From positions 3,091,527 through 3,155,526 of the forward strand of contig CAVNZM010000017.1 in assembly GCA_963693365.1 (NCBI GenBank): a stretch of DNA of 64,000 bases, read 5' to 3'. The notes below the pieces were generated by a model. The model worked only from the letters and a program-made list of their open reading frames with translations. It ran no database searches and was not told where the DNA came from. The first letter of the stretch is position 1; every line of letters starts with the position of its first letter. Origin of the DNA: Amoebidium appalachense (Eukaryota > Protista > Ichthyosporea). This document shows, in pieces, positions 1-15,853 of the stretch. The translations under genes and the position numbers were made by a program.

Positions 1-2
1 TT

Positions 3-269
3 CTCGCAGACTTCGATCCTACGGCTCCCTACAACACCACACTTAACCGTGTTGATGCAGAGGCCGCTGCCCGGGCCTCTTGGCAACGCCGGGTGCTTGC
101 AAGAATGGCCAACGCCCATGCATGGGCTGTCAAGGCAGCCACACTTTACCCGGCACACGACAGCCGGGCCAAAACAGCAGCTGAGGTGCGTGCCTACTGG
201 GAGGCTCAGCACGTGCAGGTCTTCAGCAAGCCCTACGACCCCACCGCCGCACCAGCCAACTCCCAGTAA
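3..269 (+). CDS. 3' end of LINE ORF1 (5' part lies outside the window)
   Basis: Frame 3 is open from the window edge (LADFDPTAPYNTTLNRVDAEAAARASWQRR...PANSQ*) to TAA at 267-269. The ORF2 ATG follows 2 nt later (TAAgcATG), a typical bicistronic LINE layout. Confidence 0.7.
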   Translation, partial: LADFDPTAPYNTTLNRVDAEAAARASWQRRVLARMANAHAWAVKAATLYPAHDSRAKTAAEVRAYWEAQHVQVFSKPYDPTAAPANSQ

Positions 270-271
270 GC

Positions 272-3200
272 ATGCTCTCCTTTCTTTTCTGGAATGCTCG
301 TAGTCTAAATAAGAGTAAAGCACAGTTTCTTCTTTCGTTACCCCAACAGGAGTTCCCGTTTATTGTTGTCGCAGAAACGTGGTGGCGAGACCACGCCACA
401 CTCCGTCGGTCTGGACGGCTCGTCGGCGAGTCTACTCAGCCTGTGGGCCACAAGCCTCACTCCGGCATAGTGTTCATCGCCGCCTACCACTTTGTTAACC
501 ACTGTTCAGTTATAGCACGTACAATACACACACTCACCATCTCAGTTTGTGGCCATATATGCACTTTTGTTTATTTTCCACCTAGCCTTCCACTTCTAGC
601 ACTTAAACACGAGCTTAACACCATCGCCCCACATAACCCCACACTAGTGTTAGGAGACTTTAATAGCCCGCTAACTACCACCCCACACCCCCTACACGGC
701 CACCCACAGGCCCTACTTAAACCCAACCACCCACGCACGCCAACCTTTCACACTTTTGTTACAGCCTTACGCCTTACTCTTCCATCTGTAGTACAAGAAC
801 ACCGCACGGACTGGGGGGCAGCCTCTGGTCCTTGCACCTTACACATACACCACAACCTACACCCCCCACCGTCAGACCACCTACCTATAGTCTTTCGCAC
901 TACACTTAGCCGTTCTACGCCGTCACCACAACACACTTACAGACTTAACGTACGCGAACTTAAAAGCCAGCGCGGCCAAGCAGACACTCGCTTCTTTTTC
1001 GAGACGGTGCAACCGAGTCTATTATCGCTTGTGCGTGATGGACGCCAAACCCCACTACGCACCGACCAGACCTTCATCGATAGCGTCTGGTCTACAGTAC
1101 GAGAAACCTTGTGGGACATAGGTGAATATGCCTGTTTAGGTGCCCAAGTTTACCCACAAGCACGAACTACACACACTCGCGGCCCTCGAGCGGAGGCTGC
1201 CTTACGTAAGCCTCTACCGTATCACATGCTATTGGGTAATATTCGGAAGATTGATCGCGGCGATCATTCGATTCGAATAACGGCCGACCCGTCATCCGAC
1301 CCGGAATCTGCAACCGATTCCTTTTACGGCACCCTGTTTAAACGTAACCCGACATGTATGGCCACGGACCTGGGGCAGGCGCCCCCTCCTGTTTTTGTTC
1401 CACCCTCCGACACACCACCACCACCACACACGGCGTGGCCAGCGGAGCCGGCTGAGTTTGGGGCGGAATTGGGGGAACTTTTTACCCCAGATGCGGTATG
1501 GCAGTTAGTCTCCCGTTACCCGTCCCGCAAAGCGTGCGGGCCGGACGGCATCCCTATGGCACTACTTAAGGTACTCATCCCACCCCGACCCGAGAAAGAC
1601 GAAAAGCGTGGCCCGCCGCCACCACTTACATGTATTCTTAGCGAGTTGTTTAGCTGGTATTCTGATGTCGGTAAAGTGCCCTCGGAGTGGCTAGCCACCT
1701 TAGTGTTTCCCATCAAGAAAACGGTTGCACAGGGTCCCATCCACGAATTTCGCCCTATCACCCTTACGTCCGTTTTTCGCCGATTATTCGAAAGTGGCCT
1801 TTTACAGGCCTTTTCCCGTAACCCCACCCTTAAGCAGGCTTCCCAGCTGAGCCCTCTTCAGGCGGCGTTTCGGCATCGACACTCATGTTACGCACAAATC
1901 CTCACTCTACATAATGCAACTCAAAGTGATACCGAGCACCTCGTATTTATCGATTTTAAGAACGCGTACGACACGGTCGACCTCCCTCGCCTGTGGGCCA
2001 ACTTGAAGTTAGCCACTCGCGGTGTCCCATTCCAAATGGGTCGGCTACTGGAAGCTATGTTTACGTTTACACGCGGACGAGCGGTGGTTAATGGGCGGCT
2101 ATCCCCAGGGTTTACCCGCACGCGCGGGGTACTTCAAGGGTCCCTGCTAAGTCCTCTTCTTTTCAACCTGTATATTGATGATTTAGCCGACACTCTTTCT
2201 GCGGCACAAATTGACGGGGGGTTGCCATCCCAGGCTCCTCCCGCCCTCTTTTTTGCCGACGATATTGTGCTTATGTCATCCGATCCTCTCGAACTACGGC
2301 AATTATACATTCGTGTGGTTGAACATTGGTGCCAGCGCAACGATATGCAGATTAATGTCAAAAAGTGTGCCCTTTTATCAAAATCGATACCGGCATGGGA
2401 CGACGTTTGTATTTTCGGCAGTCCCCTCCCTCGCCCAATCGAATACAAGTATTTGGGGATTCCGGTGGACGAATGGGGCATATGTTTCAAACGCCGGCGG
2501 ATGATCGACCGTCGGGTGGAGAGTGCAGGCAGGTGTCTTCGGTTATTTCGGGATGTGTATCTTGCTTCTCTTTCTCATACTGTCCACCTATACAATCGTC
2601 TTAGTATATTTTGCACATATATTCGCCCTTTGTCGGAATACGGGTTGCCCTTACTAGCTATGGCACCCCCTGATACTGTTACTAATGTCCTCAAATCATT
2701 AGATGATTTCCATTACACAACTTGTTGTATGTTTCTCACTGGTCTTTCCACACCTATCCCTAGACGCCTTTTTGATTCTCTCTACGCACTCACACCACCA
2801 TCACAACGCGTACACGAATTAGCCCTTAAATTTCACGAGCACATCACCCGCCTGTCCGCTTGTGCCCCGGACCACCCGCTCTTCCGGCTACACGCATCCC
2901 CGCCGGATTCGCCCCTGTACCTCTTCCCTTCCCCATCGTCTCTGCCCATTGCCGAGCGCTATGTGGAATGGCTGGCGACCCCCCCGGAGGTACGGCTAGA
3001 TCATAGTGTGAATATGAATAGTTTCAAGTCTATGGCTGATAGATATCTTTTTACTCTACGTGTTGAGTCCCTTCCGGTGTTAGGACCGCACAAACACCAA
3101 CTACTAGTAGCCTATATGGCGGATACGGTTAGAGAGTCTCGTTCATACATAGATTCGTTTATTCGTAATGTGGTGTGGTGTAAAAACGCAAAGATGATTA

Positions 3201-3490
3201 TGGCTTGGCGGTGTAATCGGTTTCTGGTGTCTCCTGCTCGTATGTGTAATATGTGTGGGGGGCGGTTTACTCGCGGCTGCATATCTATCAATAAATGCAA
3301 CCTGTTAGCTAATGTATTAGAACCGGAGGTTATTGGCGGTTTTATTCTCTTTTCTTCATCTCTTCCTCAATATATCCGTTTTAAGATGACTATCCTAGAT
3401 CACCTTATTAATGCTGCACAGTATGATATTGTGATCCGGTGCCTTAACTTTCTGTCGGAGCTACCGATGCTAGCATCTGCTTACCCATAA
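272..3490 (+). CDS. Non-LTR retrotransposon ORF2: APE endonuclease + reverse transcriptase + C-terminal Cys domain, 1072 aa
   Basis: APE motifs WNARS, AETW, LGDFN, SDHLPI. RT motifs GPDGI, FRPITL, QAAFR, FIDFKNAYDTV, GVLQGSLLSPLLFNLYIDDL, FADD, YKYLG. C-terminal CNMC-x7-C-x5-C. No stops or introns. Confidence 0.97.
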   Translation: MLSFLFWNARSLNKSKAQFLLSLPQQEFPFIVVAETWWRDHATLRRSGRLVGESTQPVGHKPHSGIVFIAAYHFVNHCSVIARTIHTLTISVCGHICTFVYFPPSLPLLALKHELNTIAPHNPTLVLGDFNSPLTTTPHPLHGHPQALLKPNHPRTPTFHTFVTALRLTLPSVVQEHRTDWGAASGPCTLHIHHNLHPPPSDHLPIVFRTTLSRSTPSPQHTYRLNVRELKSQRGQADTRFFFETVQPSLLSLVRDGRQTPLRTDQTFIDSVWSTVRETLWDIGEYACLGAQVYPQARTTHTRGPRAEAALRKPLPYHMLLGNIRKIDRGDHSIRITADPSSDPESATDSFYGTLFKRNPTCMATDLGQAPPPVFVPPSDTPPPPHTAWPAEPAEFGAELGELFTPDAVWQLVSRYPSRKACGPDGIPMALLKVLIPPRPEKDEKRGPPPPLTCILSELFSWYSDVGKVPSEWLATLVFPIKKTVAQGPIHEFRPITLTSVFRRLFESGLLQAFSRNPTLKQASQLSPLQAAFRHRHSCYAQILTLHNATQSDTEHLVFIDFKNAYDTVDLPRLWANLKLATRGVPFQMGRLLEAMFTFTRGRAVVNGRLSPGFTRTRGVLQGSLLSPLLFNLYIDDLADTLSAAQIDGGLPSQAPPALFFADDIVLMSSDPLELRQLYIRVVEHWCQRNDMQINVKKCALLSKSIPAWDDVCIFGSPLPRPIEYKYLGIPVDEWGICFKRRRMIDRRVESAGRCLRLFRDVYLASLSHTVHLYNRLSIFCTYIRPLSEYGLPLLAMAPPDTVTNVLKSLDDFHYTTCCMFLTGLSTPIPRRLFDSLYALTPPSQRVHELALKFHEHITRLSACAPDHPLFRLHASPPDSPLYLFPSPSSLPIAERYVEWLATPPEVRLDHSVNMNSFKSMADRYLFTLRVESLPVLGPHKHQLLVAYMADTVRESRSYIDSFIRNVVWCKNAKMIMAWRCNRFLVSPARMCNMCGGRFTRGCISINKCNLLANVLEPEVIGGFILFSSSLPQYIRFKMTILDHLINAAQYDIVIRCLNFLSELPMLASAYP

Positions 3491-4639
3491 TATGTAATAG
3501 GGGTGTCAGATCCTACGATGGCGCTCATTGTTGCCTAGCATGTACATATGTCACTGGCTGCATTTGATTGGCTGTGCTGGAAAACGCAGTAGGCCGTCGA
3601 ATGTGGCTGGGCCTCCGGCAATGTCCACGCAATAAAAAGTGTGTAAACCCCCTGGGCCTTATAAGCAAATACTGTAGGAAATAGGGGGTATGGGGGGAAG
3701 AACTAAGGGGTTCCAAAAGATCCGTAAACCAATCAGGGTGCTTATATCATAGCGCGGTGTTCCATTGGTGCCTTCTTATCCAATCCGACTGCAATTGTTA
3801 TAGCGCGGTGCTCCATCACAGCTTTTGTTGAAACCATACCATAGCAACATAACCGTCATAGTCACGTGACTTGTGAGCCGCGCGAATTCAAATTACCCAA
3901 TCAGATTTAGCCGTTTTTACTCGCCATGTTTGGCAGGTGTCAAACCATAAAAGGTTAGTTTTTGTAACATCGCATTGTTGGATTTTTTTGTTTTCGGTTT
4001 TCAACAGGCTGCAGCCGCTGCCTTCAGGACTATTATTTTTACAAAACAATATAGTAAGACATATAATAAAAGCCTAATAGAATTATATTTCATGTAAAGA
4101 GGCCGCTCGGCATGATACATTAAAGATCAGTCGACCTTTATAATGCTATCTCTTACTAATTGACACATATGAGATGCATACACCAATCAAATGCGACCAA
4201 ATAATCTGCCGCAATTTGCTATGTGTCACGCAGTGACATGCGGCAACTTTTGCGCAGCGCAAAGGAGCGCAAAGGCGACCTGGCCTGAGGCCCTGCCCTT
4301 GCACGAGGATTTTTCAAGGGCTCTTTCAAGTTTTTTTTACCCCCTTGTTCCATCACGGGTGGCTGATGACCGTTGTCGAACATCAGCGGTCCTGCACACT
4401 TTAAGGTTCTCTTTTCCAAAAACAATAGAAACAAGGGAACATGTGATGCTCGGGAGCATCAATCGCTAACGATGTTTGTGCAAGCCGGCTTACAGAGAAA
4501 AAACCACACACACTCATAAACACGTTCACCCTCTAGTTAGTCAGGCTAGCTATTTCTCGTAGTTCTGCCCGAAACCTAGTAGATTGCCAAGGGCATGTGT
4601 AGTAGCGTGATGCATGAAAGATAGGTGATGTTTATCCTG

Positions 4640-8640
<4,001 letters not shown>

Positions 8641-9561
8641 GAAAGAAAGTGCAAAGCATGCATAGTAGTGAAGGAGGTACCGCACCGAATGATGTTTGGT
8701 CCCTGCCTTCTTTGTTGCCAACACTTTGCAACAACGAGTCTTTCATAGTAAACTTTAGCTTTTGCTTCGGATGTTTTTTTGGCCCCCCCTCCCCCCCCCC
8801 CCTTCCGGCCCGGCCCCCCCCCCCCCCCCCTGCGGCGGATCTCAACCAAGGCATGGACCCATGATTCCGATATCGCAGACGTCCATTAAAGTTGGCACTT
8901 GGGCAAGGCCTTTAATACACTTCCCTCTCGCGTGCCCATGTGGAAGCGGGGCCCCTCGTTGCTCTGCACCCAGTAGACAGATTATACACAAAAACATATT
9001 CTAACCGAGATTGGGCCCACTAGATCGTTTATTCCAGAATTTCCAGCAACAGATGTGCCAATGGATGGGCCCAATTGTACCAGTATGATCAGATCTGACT
9101 TTGCCAGCCTCACGCGCCGGCCCGTGCAGGCTGAGGGGCACATGCGCACGCAGGTGTTCACTGACCGTGCCCTATCTATGCCAGGCTGCCAGGCAGTGCC
9201 AGCATGCTCCATCAATGGCACTTGCTGATAGATTGCAAAGTTTTTTACATTCTTCTATTTTAGGCATACGTACGCACTGTACCATCACATGCAGCACAGT
9301 AATACACAGTGTACTGTGTGATACGGCAATATATGTGGGGCCATTGATGTTTTTTTTTTTATATACTGTGTGATACGGCAATATATGTGGGACCATTGAT
9401 GTTTTATTTTTTTATCGTACTATTTAGGATCAGAGTAAGATAGGAAAGACCGCGTGCCCCGCATCAGTTTGGTAGCTACTGGAATGCAAGATCTAACCAG
9501 TTCGGTTTCACCAAATTAGATCCACTAATCATCGTTAGGCACTAAAACGCGCAAATCGACA

Positions 9562-10674
9562 AATGGCCAGGGGATTTCACAGCGGGTGCGCTCGCGCTTC
9601 CAAAAAAATGTCGCACTGTGGAGTGTGGACTGGCAGAAACACAGCAGTGCACACTTTTTATTGACCTCGATGAAAAAGAAATCTGCAGATAGTCCGTTTC
9701 TATCCTATAATTGCTTGGTTGAACGCTGGAGTATCTGAAAAGGTAACAGAACCAGCAGACAGGCAGAGGTACACCAAGTTTCACACTCACAGATCTTGAA
9801 ACCACATCTGGGGATCCGTTGGTCAGGGTTGGATTGCTAAGCCCATTGCACTTAAACGAACTAACGTTGTTGTTTGACGTTTTGGAAGAGCACTTGCTGC
9901 ATAACTTCCTTGGGGAAATTCTTCGCAAGGTAAACAATAGTAACTATCAGCACTTCAGGTAAAGCACCTTTTAAGATGTGCAAAACGACTTCCAACTTCA
10001 CAGGTCCCATCGCCCATCCGCGTGCCGCCACCCAATCGCACATGCAGTGGATGCCCAAACAGAAAAGACAAACGACTCAAGTGAAGTCACAGGATTCCTT
10101 GCTCGCGGCCGCAGCAGGCGCGACCTTCTTCTTCCAGTCAGAAGCGAGGGGGGCAATAGACGTCGACACTTCACTGTCCGCAGCCGATGCAAACCCAAGG
10201 ATGGTGAACCCACAACAGATGTTGTGCAAAGGGGATGGCCACCATTGCAAGACTGTCAGTGAGTCAAGCACGCTTCAAGTTGACCTGTGCTTGTTGATAA
10301 ACGACACGAATTCCTCCTCTGGAACATCTTCGGATTCGGGAAGCAGCAACAGTAAAACTTGCGTCGATGGTGACAGAGATGGGGAATCTCTGCACCATGT
10401 CAATAAACAAATCGAAGCTCAACAGGACGAGGGCCCAATTGTGAGCTTCAAGCCACGGCACCTGAACACATCCAGGCACAGGCGGCACGGTGACCTGCGG
10501 AGTACCTACGGCATAAGTGCACACAGTAGCAACGGGGTTGGGCGGCGCACACTTGCTGCGTGCATGGTGGATGACGTCACTCAGGTCACAACAGCCGCGG
10601 CATATGCGAGGGGGAGGCTTCTGCAGACGGCCGTGTGCGAGGTGGCTGAGGAGATGGAGTGCGAGGTTGCGTAG
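9562..10674 (+). pseudogene. Degenerate coding-like segment inside the duplication (second copy about 20452-21566)
   Basis: Protein-like reading (LVERLEYLKRQQNQ...LHLNELTLLFDVLEEHLLHNFLGEILRKVNN) is broken by stops, some differing between copies (TTA vs TGA in LHLNE), and copy B has a frameshift near 21277. Confidence 0.3.
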
Positions 10675-10784
10675 AGTGAGTCAACGGCCGTGGACAGTTC
10701 TCTCGGTTGCGGCAAAGACTGTGCAGAGTCTGGTTTCAAATAGGTGTTGCGGTTTATGAGCTTTCCTTTTTTTTTTTCTTTTTT

Positions 10785-10827
<43 letters not shown>

Positions 10828-11424
10828 TATGGGGGATACATATGTGTCCCCAATCAACCACTATTATCGACATGGGCGGCAGCAATGACGTGTCGCACGA
10901 AAATAGCTATAATAATGATTCAGCTCAACGAATATTCGAGTATAAATCATTCAGCAGCATAGCCTATGTACTATGATACAAGTATATAAACGGCGCACCT
11001 TAACCATGATGTGGTGATGATATCAAGGTTATGCCGCATTAAAATTTTGTACCATGTATTGCCACGGTGACTCGAGTTGATTGGTCAAAAGTCACGTGGT
11101 GCTTGGCAATGTGTATTAATATTGAAGTGCACGTGGATTTGATACTAAGTATACTGTATGTGACTTGTACAATCATTACATAACTGTGTAAAGCACTTGG
11201 CAATTGTAAATCTAGCACTAGTAGTCGATGATGCATGAAAACGTTGGCTGTCGTCTACTGAGCATGGCTTTTGTGCAAATGTGATATATATAGTGGACGA
11301 GGTTGGCAAGCTGCGCATGCAGCTAAGAAATAGTGAATGTATCAATCGAGTCAAAGGCTGCTGTACAGTATAGTGATACATCGCCGGATACGTATATATA
11401 TCATATATATATACTATTATATAT

Positions 11425-11633
11425 GGGGTTTACGCTGTTTACTCGAGGCAAAGAGAAAACAGTCTCAGGTATGGGGGGGGTTTTGCTCGGAATATCCCCT
11501 CAGCGGTATATCATGATCACGTACATAGATGTCGGGTGATGACTATATATCAGGGTTTACTTTCTCTACGAGACACCATAAAGACTAAGAGAAATCAATT
11601 AGTTGGGGTTCCCCGTTTTTTTTTTTTTTTTTT

Positions 11634-11689
<56 letters not shown>

Positions 11690-11719
11690 GGCTCCCCTGG
11701 GACACTCGGTATCAGCTGG

Positions 11720-11788
<69 letters not shown>

Positions 11789-12010
11789 CGCGCGCGTGCG
11801 CTAGAATTTTGTAGTGATGTGTTTCTCAAGCCAATCAATACATCTAATAAACAGGTCGTAGTTACGCGTGTTTAGTATAAAATCAAGGCCCGTTGTAATT
11901 TACAGGTAGGCTATCTTTCTGGGTGTCTGTTGTGAATGTGACGTGTGTGTGTTGCGGGATTATGTGGTCTATCAAACTACATAGACCACATAATACCGCA
12001 ACACACACAC
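11425..12010 (-). mobile_element. 5'-truncated LINE family-2 insertion in a (TA)n tract
   Basis: Reverse complement matches about 38178-38709 (end of ORF2 and 3' UTR). Absent at the corresponding site in copy B (about 22250-22285, TA-rich). Confidence 0.9.
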
Positions 12011-12698
12011 ACTATATATATTGCCTGATCTGTGATAAAAATATAAACTTATATAAGTGCAGTAAATCCATTTGACTATGATTGATTAGCCAGTTCGACG
12101 GCGTTAAATATATTATTAAGGTCCGCTTTGAATGTCACGGGTACTGAGTAGCCTCATAAAATAAGGTATCCGTGTAAGTAGGCAGTGACGTTGATATACT
12201 GTGATAAATGATTCAATATAGACCACAACTTAAGCAGAGTGTTACCTTCCGCAAACAAGTGACTGATAAACTGTCGGTCCTACGTAATTAATTTTATTCC
12301 TCTTTACCAATCGAGCGTACCAGGTCACGGGCTAGGTACTGGTTGGCAATGCGGGCTACTGTGATAACATGTGATGGTTAGTAAGATGATCTGCATTCTA
12401 AGCAAAGTTTGCATAATAGTACAGTATGTGTTAAATTGGGTCTATTGGTACATGTGTTTCACTTTCTAGGGCGGTCCCCACGGCACAATTATGAGGTTGT
12501 TTCCATTTCAATTGCTATCATGGCCATGGTTGGCATGCCGGGAAATACTGATTCCAGCTGGCTACTCGTAAATTCGCCCACTGATTTGTGTCATTCGGGT
12601 GCTTCGGCACACACACACGCACACTTGCGCAGGCATGCACATGCATTGGTCAAGACGCCCACCGTACAAACATGCACGTCTGTCTATATGTGAGCGGT

Positions 12699-12732
<34 letters not shown>

Positions 12733-13607
12733 GGCGCTCGCATGTCACGAGTGTGTGTGTGGTCTGTGTGTGTGTGCATGCATTACAGCACCGGGTCCCA
12801 GTGTGTGGGCACACACACACACACACTCTCTCTCTCTCTCTCAGAGTCCCCCCCCCCCCCCCCCCCCCCCCCTTCTATCTCTCTCTGTCTCTTTTTTTAT
12901 TGGATGTGGTGGCTGGGTGGCCTCGACGGTGGTGGTGGCGGTGCGGGGGGAGGGGAGGGGGGGGGGGGGGGGTTCACATTTCAAGTTATTCGTGTGTGTG
13001 GGTAGTGGGTGGCCGGGTGGTGCAGCGGCAGAGAAGGAAAAAAGCAGTGCGGGGGAAGAAGGGGGGGGGGGGGGGGGGGGGGGGGGAGGAGCGGGGGAGG
13101 AGGGCCGGGGCTCTGCAAGACACACTGGAATCACACCCGTAAACTCTTTATGCTTTTACTGTGCTTCGGGTATTATGCACGATTCATACCTTCTCGCCCC
13201 AAGCGATCAACGGGGGGAAACATTACGGAGTCCTGAAATAAACATCGATCCCACACACAACACTAAACGACGTTAAAATCAGGTGGGTAGGCACAGTTCA
13301 TTCCCATCCTCCCACTAAGCCTGCTTAGTCAGAAAAGTGGTATCCCCCTTCCCCTTCCCCAAACAACAACAACAAAAAAAAAAAAAAAGGGAAAAGAAAG
13401 GAAGAAAAGAAAGGAAGAAACAAAAACCTACCCCCCCTCCCCCCGCTCCCCCCCCCCTCCCCCCTCCCCCCTCCCCCCCACCCACCCACCCACCCGCCTC
13501 CCAACCCCACCAAAAACAATGCAAATAACAAACACGGAATCGGAAACAATATCTAAATACCCCCCCCCCCCCTCCCCCCACCACCCCCCGGCCCCCCCCC
13601 CCCCCCC

Positions 13608-13670
<63 letters not shown>

Positions 13671-13931
13671 CGGATCTCACAAATCAACCCCCTAGTGCAT
13701 GCCCCACCTGCTTGAACTTCCTTGCAGCAGGCGATTGATGTTTTTTTTTTTTTTTATCGTACTATTTAGGATCAGAGTAAGATAGGAAAGACCGCGTGCC
13801 CCGCATCAGTTTGGTAGCTACTGGAATGCAAGATCTAACCAGTTCGGTTTCACCAAATTAGATCCACTAATCATCGTTAGGCACTAAAACGCGCAAATCG
13901 ACAAATGGGGTTGCACCCTCGTTTCCCAAGC

Positions 13932-13977
<46 letters not shown>

Positions 13978-14054
13978 CCCCCCCCGCCCCCGCCCCCCGC
14001 CCCCGCCCAAAAATTTCGAGGTGGGAACGGGGGGGGGGGGGGGGGGGGGGGGGT

Positions 14055-14085
<31 letters not shown>

Positions 14086-14897
14086 GGGAGGGGGGGGGGG
14101 AATCCGAGTCTGCAGTGTGCTTGCCATTAATTTACGGTGTCATTATTAATAAAACAGCTGCAGCATGTGAAAGTGACCTGCAATCACTTCTACACATTAT
14201 TATTATGGTATTTTGACTACGTAATGATATCATAGGTATTAAAAAGGCGAATGTCGCATGCATGGATGTATACATAGTGTGTGCTTGACGTGTATGTGGT
14301 TGCGTGTGTGCATGTTCATGTGTGTGTGCCGTGTGTGTGCATTGAATGTGACAGCATACTCTACATACACCGTGACATTACAGTTAAACTGTAAGTAACA
14401 TTACAATCATAAACTACCACTCTGACATGCTGAACATTACTGGAAGTTAAATGTTACAACTAACACCTAACAAACTGATTCTTAAGTTACTGTATTGACT
14501 AAGTCTTGGCATCATGATGCCAAATCCCATACTAATCGAACCTACTAGACATGCCCTACGTTTGCCACCTGACCCCAAAGCAGCTGGCAGCCACAATAAC
14601 AATTAGAAAAATAAAAAACTACGTGGAGGGATTGGCTCACTTCCACCTATTATCCGTGACACTAAAACTGAGCAGGCGGATGCCAAAAGCGGTGACCAGA
14701 GCATACAACATGGCCTTGCACCTACAGCATTGCATGTAAGTATGACACAGATGGGGAGGGATTGCTAAAGTCAGTTGACAGACGCTACATTGTGCACTGG
14801 CTATCGTGCTCGGGTATGTGTGATAATAACTGGGGTGGAACGCTTGCGGATGGTGCGGGTGCTGGCTAGGGGGAATCACCCCAGACTGTTGGGTGCT

Positions 14898-15821
14898 TTA
14901 GAATTCATCCGCCGAATCGGTTGACGAACTGGTGGGATCATGCTCCTGAGGGGCAACACCTGTGTTGGTGCTTGCACGTGAAAGGCCGCTGGGCTTGGCC
15001 TTCTTTGACGGGGCAGTCTGTGAATTACTCTGTGACTTCAGCCCACGTTTCGTGTTTCGTGCTCTCTCGCTTGCTTTCTCCGTAACTGTCCTAGCAGCGG
15101 CTTCCTTAGCCCTCGCGATTTCCTCCCTCACCTCGGCGGCCACCTGACTACGCAAACGTCTTTCCTTCTCAATGTGTTCTATTTTTGACTTGATTTGTTT
15201 CAATGTTTTGGAAAGGATGGCATCCAGCCCCACACCCTCCTCGTTGCCCTCCAATGCTGCATGGTAATGTGCAAATATGTCCTCCTCTGTTGCCGGCAAC
15301 TTTTGTTCCGCAAGCGAAATAACAATACTTTCAATCAACGCGGTCTCCGCATCCGACCATCTACCCGAACGTACCTCCTCGCCCACAGACACATAATACT
15401 CCAAACCATTCTGATCTGTGGTTCGTGTTTGCGTGAATCGTGCGCGCCGCCTTTGCGTTGGAACCGTGGCAGTGGCCTTGCCCCTGGTGGCTGTTGTGTT
15501 GGCCGTATGGGTGGTGTTGGACCCATCACCACTTCTCAGGGAAAGGTTCCCCCCTTCGCCGGATAAATGCAGCTGCATGGTAGACGGGCGACCTGGACGG
15601 TTTGGCTCTGGCCGCTGTCCATGACTGCATGTGTATGTGCGTTTGTGTGTGCGTGTGAATGCGCGCGCACGTGTACACATGTGTGTTTGTGTGTGCGTGC
15701 GCACACGTGCTCTGTGGGTGCGTGCGTGCGTGGATTCGTGCACCTGTGCATCTATCCACACACGTGTATGCATGGACCATGATGCGCGGATGCATTGTGT
15801 GTGTGTGTGTGTGTGTGGTGT

Positions 15822-15853
<32 letters not shown>

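Larger units (their letters stand above)
1..3651 (+). mobile_element. LINE (family 1); 3' end approximate
   Basis: ORF1 tail plus ORF2. The 3' UTR has AATAAA at about 3631 and GTAAACCCC at 3643-3651, the same motif that ends the family-2 LINE tails. Confidence 0.8.
9395..13560. repeat. Tandem segmental duplication, copy A
   Basis: Highly similar to 13733-13908 plus 20449-23878. Carries a LINE-tail insertion absent from copy B. Confidence 0.95.

Noticed and set aside
9395-13908. LTR retrotransposon (170-bp direct repeats at 9395 and 13733)
   Set aside because: The repeat is the start of duplicate copy B cut by the transposon insertion; there are no TG..CA ends, PBS or gag/pol.
14898-15624. 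Harbinger/PIF Myb accessory gene
   Set aside because: The host element has an 8-bp TSD rather than 3 bp, and the Myb-like exon splices in frame to OTU-CXC.
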